IMG/VR virus record: IMGVR_UViG_3300020414_001395
Location: 1,145-65,144 of that record
From: a virus
Lineage: Duplodnaviria > Caudoviricetes
Reading direction: 5' to 3' (one strand)
DNA length: 64,000 bases
The stretch's first letter is position 1; the number at the start of each line of letters is the position of its first letter. The position numbers and the translations under genes are program-made. The notes under the pieces were generated by a model that searched no databases, was not told the DNA's origin, and was given only the letters and a program-made list of their open reading frames with translations. This document shows, in pieces, positions 57,235 to 63,840 of this stretch.

Positions 57235-58091
57235 TAGTGAGATGATCTATCTGGAGAGTTGTACAATGTCATGTCTCTGTCATTTCCAGAAGAGTCTGGT
57301 TCAAGAGAGGTTGTGGAATCTGGATCATCACCCATCTTGTACCAAGCATAGAGATCATCCTTGCTTGTATAATCAGAGAAGTTTCGAGTGAAGTCAAATC
57401 CACTCAGCCCCTGGTTGTAGATGTAAGATATCTCGCTTGCGGAAAGCTCTGAGCTCCACATCGCTACTTCATTTAGGTCAAACTGATCGTAAATAGTGTT
57501 GTATCTCGCCATAGTCATCACCATATTGGAGTTAGCTGGACTAGAGCTATTAGATGCGTTGACAGAATTAGTGAGCTTAGTGACCGACACTGCTGCACCG
57601 TCCACATACAAAAGCGTCCTCCAGCTAGAACTAAAAGGCTTAATAGTTACAGCTATGTGGTGCCAAGTATCGTCGGTAAGATCATCAGCACTAACACTCT
57701 TAAAGTCGGCCCAAGTGGTAAAAGTGGAGGTGAAGATGTTTAGGTCTGACCTTACGATGACAATCCTGTTGGTTCCTGAGTCGTTTCTAGTCGCGATGTA
57801 AAAGCTACTGACGTCAGGCAGAGAAAAAGCATAACCCCCAATCATATAGCTGTACTGGTTGTTGGTTGCTGGGTAGAAGTCAGAGGATCTAACCCAGAAC
57901 GAAATGGTGCCGCCCGTCGTACCGATAGCATCCATGAACGTTTCGCTATTGCTACCAAGAAGCTCACCGTATTCGTTTACACCGTCAAACGCGAGGAACT
58001 TTGACCCACTATACTTTACGCGCTTGGGTCTTTTGTCGTTGGTTTGTGCTGCTGTAACTCCTAGTCCTAACATATCAGAGTCCTTTACCAA
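57234..58091 (-). CDS. LamG/concanavalin A-like lectin-fold virion protein
   Basis: FDGVNEY, TISFWV, WHHIAVT, LYVDG, LNEVAMWSSELSASEI, WYKMGD. Confidence 0.8.
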   Translation of the reverse strand: MVKDSDMLGLGVTAAQTNDKRPKRVKYSGSKFLAFDGVNEYGELLGSNSETFMDAIGTTGGTISFWVRSSDFYPATNNQYSYMIGGYAFSLPDVSSFYIATRNDSGTNRIVIVRSDLNIFTSTFTTWADFKSVSADDLTDDTWHHIAVTIKPFSSSWRTLLYVDGAAVSVTKLTNSVNASNSSSPANSNMVMTMARYNTIYDQFDLNEVAMWSSELSASEISYIYNQGLSGFDFTRNFSDYTSKDDLYAWYKMGDDPDSTTSLEPDSSGNDRDMTLYNSPDRSSH

Positions 58092-58575
58092 ATATCACTT
58101 CGTAGTACGTCTTCCCCTCATCATCGCGACAAGCTTTGAGACACCGACCACGATTAACCCCATCATAAACGAAAGAGACGTGAACCCAATCAGGATTATC
58201 GTTATCACCAAACTCCCAAATGAGTTGATCAAACGTAACATTGTTGAGTATCCAGCGGAAGATTTCACCGTTTGTACAGCGTCCGAATACGTCTGCGTCC
58301 AAATCAAGTGCTCTTCCTTCCACATGCTGACTGCGCTTCGAACCGCCGATAGCAGCGTTGAGCTCAGGCGAACGATAGCCGCTCGACACGCATATAGGGC
58401 ACCCGAAAGCGTCCCTAAGAGGTTGAAATACATGCTCTGCAGTCTTTCGTAAATTTTCTGTAACCCAATCATCAGGTGTATTATCTATTCCAAGTCTTTT
58501 AGCCGTGTTGCTTTTTGTCACCTCGGCGAGCGACAGATTTTTTGACAGCTTCATTATTGAGTCTTCGTTTTTCAT
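58075..58575 (-). CDS. peptidase M15A endolysin
   Basis: SSGYRSPELNAAIGG...SQHVEGRALD...DQLIWE...WVHVS. Confidence 0.88.
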   Translation of the reverse strand: MKNEDSIMKLSKNLSLAEVTKSNTAKRLGIDNTPDDWVTENLRKTAEHVFQPLRDAFGCPICVSSGYRSPELNAAIGGSKRSQHVEGRALDLDADVFGRCTNGEIFRWILNNVTFDQLIWEFGDNDNPDWVHVSFVYDGVNRGRCLKACRDDEGKTYYEVIFGKGL

Positions 58576-58636
58576 TTTCTACTCCAGGATCCTTTCGTTT
58601 CCTTATCGGATTGAAGTAGGTTTTTTTCACTTGACC

Positions 58637-59065
58637 TTACGCCGCCACAAATAGTTCAACGTTACATGAGGCAGAGTTGGCCACTGCTTTAATAGAGTCG
58701 ATGTTTGCCAGTGATGCCGTAGCAGCGCCAGAGTCATCATCGGTGTCCATGACCGTCTCGAACAACACAAAGGAGTCACCTGCTGAAAGCTTGACGAAGT
58801 ACTCGTCGTCTCCAGCGGTCATACGCAGTGTAATGAAGTTTGTGAGGTCCAAGTTCGTGATACGAACGTAGTCTACGCTGGAGTCAGCGAACTGACCTGC
58901 AGCCTCCGCCGTATCGAAAAGTACAAGAGATTGTTCTGAAGTCCCCACCTTTACGATACGTTGATCCAACTGGGTGATGCCAGTCATATCAATCGTGTTC
59001 GTAGACCCTCTTTCAGATCCGTTGAGAGTAATGCTCTCCTGTATAGTTACTGTAAGTGTTGCCAT
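58637..59065 (-). CDS. small beta-rich virion protein (paralogue family)
   Basis: MATLTVTIQESITLNG...DYVRITNLD...VELFVA. Confidence 0.65.
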   Translation of the reverse strand: MATLTVTIQESITLNGSERGSTNTIDMTGITQLDQRIVKVGTSEQSLVLFDTAEAAGQFADSSVDYVRITNLDLTNFITLRMTAGDDEYFVKLSAGDSFVLFETVMDTDDDSGAATASLANIDSIKAVANSASCNVELFVAA

Positions 59066-59841
59066 TATCTAGGGAGTCTAGCTCCGAGCATCGCTCTAAG
59101 CATTTTGAAGTCTTCAGCTGTGATCTTACCGTCGTTGTTCTTATCAAGCTTCTTCTGCCCTCCGACAAGACCACCCTTCTTAAGCAGCTTCATCTTGCCA
59201 CCATACTTAAATGGAAGGTTTCCGTACTGAGCGAGGTTGGCAGCCAGGTTAGGCCCTGTTGCCTCTGCATCGTAATCAAAGTTATCGTCAGGTGCAGCGT
59301 CAAACTCATCAATGGCTCCGAGCTCCATGTCATCAATAGACAGGTTTGGAGCACCGTAAGCATCAGATCCTGGGGTCTCCCCCATCCCCTTAAAGAAACC
59401 TGCTTCACCAAGAGCCTGTTGAACCTTTCTGGCTTTCTGAGCCTTCCCCAACAAGCCTTTCAACCCTCCCTTTCCTGCAGCCTTTAATGCGCCACCCTTA
59501 AGGGCTCCACCTTTAATGGCTGAGAGGGCAGCAGGCCCTCCAAATGCCAAGCCAGCAGCCAAAGCACCAGCAGCTATGCCTTTCTTTGCTCTGTCTTTCT
59601 GTACGTTTCTGAGGTAATCGAGTCTGTCAGCGCTCTGAGGTCCGTACTCATTGAGTCTACCTTCTCTTTCGAGCTTCTTGAGATATCTCTTCTCTTGTCT
59701 GAGTGCGCTACCCTTGGTATTGAAAAGGCCTCTATTGGCGAAAGCCATGTTGATGCCCCTGCCAGCGCCCTCCATATCTGAGTACTTGGCTTGAGAGTTT
59801 CCGAAGAAGCCCCCGCGCTTATAATTCTTGGTTACTTGCAT
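59065..59841 (-). CDS. G/A/K-rich protein with C-terminal EF-hand
   Basis: LDKNNDGKITAEDF; first gene of late arm. Confidence 0.65.
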   Translation of the reverse strand: MQVTKNYKRGGFFGNSQAKYSDMEGAGRGINMAFANRGLFNTKGSALRQEKRYLKKLEREGRLNEYGPQSADRLDYLRNVQKDRAKKGIAAGALAAGLAFGGPAALSAIKGGALKGGALKAAGKGGLKGLLGKAQKARKVQQALGEAGFFKGMGETPGSDAYGAPNLSIDDMELGAIDEFDAAPDDNFDYDAEATGPNLAANLAQYGNLPFKYGGKMKLLKKGGLVGGQKKLDKNNDGKITAEDFKMLRAMLGARLPR

Positions 59842-59846
59842 GAGTG

Positions 59847-59854
59847 CAAATATA
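59847..59854 (-). promoter_or_regulatory. late-type promoter -7 element TATATTTG
   Basis: 5 nt before ATG 59841. Confidence 0.6.
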
Positions 59855-60006
59855 ACCAGACTTTTTTTACTGACTTAGCCCGATCATAGGCCACATTTAC
59901 AGCTAAAACACTACTACCCTCGCGCCATAAAGAATAAGGATTCATCTGCGTACACGCAAAAAACCATCTTTGGGTGCTTTCTTTCATCTGAATCGCTTTG
60001 ATTCCG

Positions 60007-60037
60007 TAAAGGTATAAAGGAAAATTTGAAAAGTCAA
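60007..60037 (-). promoter_or_regulatory. Bacteroidota-type promoter pointing into the late arm
   Basis: TTGAC-N18-TACCTTTA; aligns position-for-position with the promoter at 8340. Confidence 0.5.
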
Positions 60038-60192
60038 TAGTCTAGCAACGCTTTAAGGCAAGGCCTCTAAGTTGCTGTAAGCGAAAGGGTTAGAGTTTTT
60101 CGTGTGAATTTGTTTCTGAAGGCAATAACCCAAGATCACGCTGAAAAAAGAGGGGAGTAACATTTACCGTGGGGATTATATATATCTATGAG

Positions 60193-60605
60193 CGTTAGGT
60201 CCGAAGGACCTAAACGGATTTCCAGACCCCACCCCCTCAAACTACTTCGTAGTTTGCGCATACATTTCAGCTTTTGCTCTACCTACTGACTTACAGTCAG
60301 TTAGGTAGCCTCAGCTCTAGCCACCGTTGAGGACCGCAGGATGGGACGTGCAGTCCAGCAGGGTGGGACAATCCCTCCCCAACCTCTCTAACCGACTTAC
60401 CCCTTCCCCTTATAGGGGAAACATTGACTCCGATTTGGTCGGCCTTCGCGATGGCTAACCTACGGATACAACTTGTTGTATCTCAGCGCGTTAGCAGCTT
60501 TCACTTCCACTACTACTACCCTTGGTAGTGTAGTGAGGACACTGAGGGTAGAGATATGTATTAGAATGAAAGAAACCTTTAGGTTTCATTCTAATACATT
60601 ATCTC
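60193..60605. other. non-coding cluster of six short inverted repeats plus one 24-bp stem at the strand switch (candidate terminus/origin/early control region)
   Basis: Stems at 60195-60213, 60238-60256, 60279-60308, 60404-60420, 60465-60482, 60508-60535, 60551-60605. Confidence 0.8.
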
Positions 60606-60612
60606 ATAAACC

Positions 60613-61176
60613 ATGGAAAGCTTCAACTTCTCCGATTGCCGTAAGGCAACCAACCAAGCCATCTTCCGTCCAACTGCGGCCCGCAAAGCTGCTGCAGCGA
60701 AGCTGCTGCAGGAGGCCTTGGACTTCATCAACAACCTCGAAGAGGTTGCCGAAAAGCCTTCGAAGAAGGCTGGCAAGAAGCGTCGTCGTAAGACGACGAA
60801 GAGAACACCTTCACAGAAGGTGGCAGATGCTCAAGACCGAGCCGCTCTCAAGACCAACGAAGTTGGTCCCATCAAGCCTTCGAAGAAGGCTAAGACAGCT
60901 TCCGTCAAGGAAGCTGCTGCCGCCGCTAAAGCGGTCAGCGTGGCCACGGGAGCCGCTGCTAAAGCAGCGAAGAAAGCTCAGCTGAAAGCTGAGGCTGAGG
61001 CCACTGAAGCTAAAGCTTCAAAGGTGGCTTCGAAGAAGCCAACTCAAGCCCAACGTTTGTCCTCTTTGGAGGACAAGATTGAGATGCTGACCAACCTCCT
61101 CGCCTTGCAGATGCAGGGTGAGCAGGGCACAAGCGTTGATGCTGTAAGCATCGAGGAACTCCCCTTCGAACTCTAA
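60613..61176 (+). CDS. Lys/Ala-rich histone H1-like protein, first early gene
   Basis: KPSKKA twice, KKRRRK, AAAAAKAV, AAKAAKKA; C-terminal helix and acidic IEELPFEL. Confidence 0.75.
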   Translation: MESFNFSDCRKATNQAIFRPTAARKAAAAKLLQEALDFINNLEEVAEKPSKKAGKKRRRKTTKRTPSQKVADAQDRAALKTNEVGPIKPSKKAKTASVKEAAAAAKAVSVATGAAAKAAKKAQLKAEAEATEAKASKVASKKPTQAQRLSSLEDKIEMLTNLLALQMQGEQGTSVDAVSIEELPFEL

Positions 61177-61186
61177 TTCATCGAAG

Positions 61187-61276
61187 ATGGACATCAACAT
61201 CATCCTTTACGCCGTGTGCCTTCCGCTCGCAATCGTGACGCTCGCCCTGCTTTGGGTCGATGCCAACTACGACTAA
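61187..61276 (+). CDS. 29-aa single-TM peptide
   Basis: MDINIILYAVCLPLAIVTLALLWVDANYD. Confidence 0.5.
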   Translation: MDINIILYAVCLPLAIVTLALLWVDANYD

Positions 61277-61282
61277 ACCCTT

Positions 61283-61346
61283 AGAGAGTCTTAGTATATA
61301 TACTCTCTCTGAACGTAGTGAAGAGAGTATATATACAAGACACTCT
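61283..61346. repeat. early intergenic hairpin repeat, copy 2
   Basis: 15-bp core 61294-61308/61322-61336; outer AGAGAGTCTT/AAGACACTCT. Confidence 0.95.
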
Positions 61347-61378
61347 TGAAACCTTTTTCAAACTTCAATTCAATCACC

Positions 61379-61525
61379 ATGCAGACATTTGCAGCTACCC
61401 GCCGTCAGCTTATCGCTGACCTCCTCGACCTCCACCTCTCCTTCGACGCAGTGCGTGCCACCGCTGAGTGGGACGAACTCACCTGCCTTGAGCAAATGAC
61501 CTTGGAGGACTTGATTGAGATGTAA
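61379..61525 (+). CDS. 48-aa hypothetical early protein
   Basis: MQTFAATRRQLIADLL...; CAAACTTCAATTCAATCACC leader. Confidence 0.6.
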   Translation: MQTFAATRRQLIADLLDLHLSFDAVRATAEWDELTCLEQMTLEDLIEM

Positions 61526-61533
61526 TCTCAAAT

Positions 61534-61591
61534 CTCAGGTACACTGACGAGCCTTGAGTAGGCGAAACACCACGAAAGTGGTGTCTGTATC
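61534..61591 (+). ncRNA. type I hammerhead ribozyme
   Basis: Stem I GGTACA/TGTATC; core CTGACGA; stem II GCCT-TGAGT-AGGC; GAAA; stem III ACACCAC-GAAA-GTGGTGT; GTC cleavage triplet (cut after 61585); loop II TGAG complementary to upstream CTCA. Confidence 0.92.
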
Positions 61592-61610
61592 AAACTTCAA
61601 TTCATCTACG

Positions 61611-62024
61611 ATGGACTATCAAAATCTCATGCTTCTGCGCTACATGAACGTGCAAAGCGGCAACGGATTCTCCGTTGACAAAGACCTCGACGGCTACAGC
61701 CCCGTGGTGGAGGCGTATGCAGTAGGCGGCGCGACTGAATCGGTTGAGATGATTGACAACAACTTGTTGTCATTCAACACCTTCCGAGAAATCATGGAAC
61801 TCAAGATTGAGTTCATCGAGAACACCGAACGTTACTTCCGTAACGTGGACCCCATCGGCAAGTACCAACAGGTAATCGGTGCTTGGGTGAACGACGACAA
61901 CTACGTCTACATCGAGGTCTCCGACATCGTGTTCGACCGCGAAGAGGCCATCGCCTTGGGTAAGGAGCGCGAAGAGGAGGCCATTTGGGACTTCAAGAAC
62001 AACTGCGAAATCAAACTCACATGA
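61611..62024 (+). CDS. hypothetical early protein (MDYQNLMLL)
   Basis: Start reassigned to ATG 61611; the track start 61554 lies inside the ribozyme. Confidence 0.7.
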   Translation: MDYQNLMLLRYMNVQSGNGFSVDKDLDGYSPVVEAYAVGGATESVEMIDNNLLSFNTFREIMELKIEFIENTERYFRNVDPIGKYQQVIGAWVNDDNYVYIEVSDIVFDREEAIALGKEREEEAIWDFKNNCEIKLT

Positions 62025-62248
62025 ACGTATGGGAACGCTACCCCAAGCGGGGCACGGCGAGCGATTGGCTCCCCAAGTCGGTACCAACCGACGAGTACCG
62101 AATGGTCTACTACTACGGCTTCGACCGAGACGACTGGAATGCGCTCACGTTCAAGGCGTGGTCACTCGACCATGCCAAGCAACGGGCACTCGACCTTGTG
62201 CCCGACGGACACAAAATCAAGTCTGTGAAACCTGTTGACAATCAGTAA
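62021..62248 (+). CDS. hypothetical early protein (MNVWERYP)
   Basis: ATGA overlap. Confidence 0.6.
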   Translation: MNVWERYPKRGTASDWLPKSVPTDEYRMVYYYGFDRDDWNALTFKAWSLDHAKQRALDLVPDGHKIKSVKPVDNQ

Positions 62249-62263
62249 CTTAAACCCTTTCAC

Positions 62264-62347
62264 ATGAACAAACGAATGAACCTAGCGTTCCTCGCGTTCC
62301 TTGCATGGATGGCCACGCTTTTGGTGGTGGCTCTCCTCCAATCCTAA
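62264..62347 (+). CDS. 27-aa single-TM peptide
   Basis: MNKRMNLAFLAFLAWMATLLVVALLQS. Confidence 0.5.
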   Translation: MNKRMNLAFLAFLAWMATLLVVALLQS

Positions 62348-62410
62348 GAGAGTGTTAGTATATATACTCTCTCTGAACGTAGTGAAGAGAGTATATATAC
62401 AACACCTCTC
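62348..62410. repeat. early intergenic hairpin repeat, copy 3
   Basis: 15-bp core 62358-62372/62386-62400; outer GAGAGTGTT/AACACCTCTC. Confidence 0.95.
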
Positions 62411-62435
62411 AATGTCAAACTTCAAATCCAATCTT

Positions 62436-62684
62436 ATGGACAACTTCTTCAAACGCCCCGTCGGAGCGGCGGTGCTCTACCTCAACGACTTCCACTTCGG
62501 CAAGAACCTCGCTGTGCTCAACCGAGCGGCTCGACTTGTGCCCAAGGACGTCAAGGGCTTTGCCTCCCTGCTCTCGGACACACCGAATGCAGACCCTGAC
62601 CACGTTCAGGACATCATCAACCTGCTCGACGACTACGCCAACGACGTAGACAACGACCTCATCTTCAACCTCAACAAGTCATGA
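62436..62684 (+). CDS. hypothetical early protein (MDNFFKRP; alternative in-frame ATG 62412)
   Basis: Follows CAAACTTCAA leader. Confidence 0.65.
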   Translation: MDNFFKRPVGAAVLYLNDFHFGKNLAVLNRAARLVPKDVKGFASLLSDTPNADPDHVQDIINLLDDYANDVDNDLIFNLNKS

Positions 62685-62992
62685 AATTCACACACTCCTT
62701 CAAACACACACTCCCCTTCGTATCAATGCGGACAGCCTACGACGTAGACCTCGATGCCGAGAAGAATGTGGAGATGGACACCTCGGTGTCGGTTGACCCT
62801 AACCACCAATATGGTGGTTGGTACGAAACCTACGACCTCGAAACAGGTGGTGACCGCTTCTATGCAGAGGGTGTACTCGAAGTGTACTTCGACGAAGATG
62901 GTCCACGGCTCACGGGCTACGATGGATGCTTTGAACTCCCTGAATACATCACCGATGCCCTCGAAGAGAAGGGCGTAATCATTGACCTATGA
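62681..62992 (+). CDS. hypothetical acidic early protein
   Basis: GWYETYD...YAEGVLE...LTGYDGCFELP. Confidence 0.65.
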   Translation: MKFTHSFKHTLPFVSMRTAYDVDLDAEKNVEMDTSVSVDPNHQYGGWYETYDLETGGDRFYAEGVLEVYFDEDGPRLTGYDGCFELPEYITDALEEKGVIIDL

Positions 62993-63144
62993 GAGAACTC
63001 ATTGCAAAGAATCAAATCAACAAGGACTGCCCCACCTGCAAGGGTGAGGGCTATGTCCTGACTGCGGTGTACTCACACCCAACCATCCCTGATGGGACGG
63101 AGCGTTACGAAGTATGCGACGAATGCAAACACAACAAGACATGA
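62989..63144 (+). CDS. 51-aa zinc-finger protein
   Basis: CPTCKGEG...CDEC. Confidence 0.55.
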   Translation: MRELIAKNQINKDCPTCKGEGYVLTAVYSHPTIPDGTERYEVCDECKHNKT

Positions 63145-63341
63145 CACAAGAACAATGCGAATCAGCAGTCAAGGCACTGCAAGAGTGCGGGTTCACCGCA
63201 TCCCATGTGATGGGCGCACCTGACGACCACGGCGTGTGGCTGGACGAGGTGTGGAACGACGAACTACAGGAAACACACAGCTTCCGCATCCATGACGAAG
63301 AAATCGAATGGTGGGGAGTAACCAACTCATTGAAGACATGA
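63141..63341 (+). CDS. hypothetical early protein (MTQEQCES)
   Basis: ATGA overlaps at both ends. Confidence 0.6.
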   Translation: MTQEQCESAVKALQECGFTASHVMGAPDDHGVWLDEVWNDELQETHSFRIHDEEIEWWGVTNSLKT

Positions 63342-63484
63342 CACAACACGAACGACTTTCCCTCCGACAGACCCACTGCGGTAGCTTTGAACGTGCGCTC
63401 ATCGAGGCGTGGTTCAAGGCAGACATGGGCAACAAGAAGACTCTCGAAGAGGCCTTCAAGAACACCAACTTCGACCTTACTTAG
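63338..63484 (+). CDS. 48-aa hypothetical early protein
   Basis: GSFERALIEAWFKADMGN; stop abuts hairpin copy 4. Confidence 0.6.
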   Translation: MTQHERLSLRQTHCGSFERALIEAWFKADMGNKKTLEEAFKNTNFDLT

Positions 63485-63544
63485 AGAGTGTTAGTATATA
63501 TCTCTCTCTGAACGTAGTGAAGAGAGATATATACAACACCTCTC
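63484..63544. repeat. early intergenic hairpin repeat, copy 4 (compensated 1-bp deletion)
   Basis: GTATATATCTCTCT(63494-63507)-CTGAACGTAGTGA-AGAGAGATATATAC(63521-63534). Confidence 0.95.
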
Positions 63545-63576
63545 AACAACATTGTCAAACTTCAAACTCCAAACCA

Positions 63577-63840
63577 ATGGACAACATCAAAGACATGACG
63601 AACGACGAGTTCGTCAGCCACCTCATGACGGGGTACAACAAGCACGGGGCACTCGTGCAAATGGTAGTCCTCGACTGCCTTCAGCGTGGTCTTGACCACT
63701 ACATCTCAGCCAAGGACGAAATCCTTGAGGATGAGCGCAAGCGCCGTGAGAACGGAGGCGGTATCTCCCTCATCAACATGGAGGCATGGGTCTCATGTTG
63801 TGAGGAAACACAACAACGAATCCAAGACAAGTACTCATGA
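63577..63840 (+). CDS. hypothetical early protein (MDNIKDMTN)
   Basis: Follows CAAACTTCAA leader. Confidence 0.65.
   Translation: MDNIKDMTNDEFVSHLMTGYNKHGALVQMVVLDCLQRGLDHYISAKDEILEDERKRRENGGGISLINMEAWVSCCEETQQRIQDKYS

Noticed and set aside
59832-59987. 51-codon minus-strand ORF (MKESTQRWFF...) after the 60037 promoter
   Set aside because: Composition is unlike the other genes and it runs over the 59847 promoter; treated as unsupported.
60473-60985. 170-aa ORF overlapping the first early gene
   Set aside because: Starts at TTG inside the hairpin cluster; alternate frame of the K/A-rich gene.
348-63544. Hairpin repeats as a CRISPR array
   Set aside because: Copies are 1 kb or more apart and separated by whole genes; no cas genes or regular spacers.
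61283-63544. Hairpin repeats as integron attC or lox/dif sites
   Set aside because: No RYYYAAC/GTTRRRY boxes; a 13-nt spacer does not fit the 6-8 bp of tyrosine recombinase sites; no recombinase in the window.
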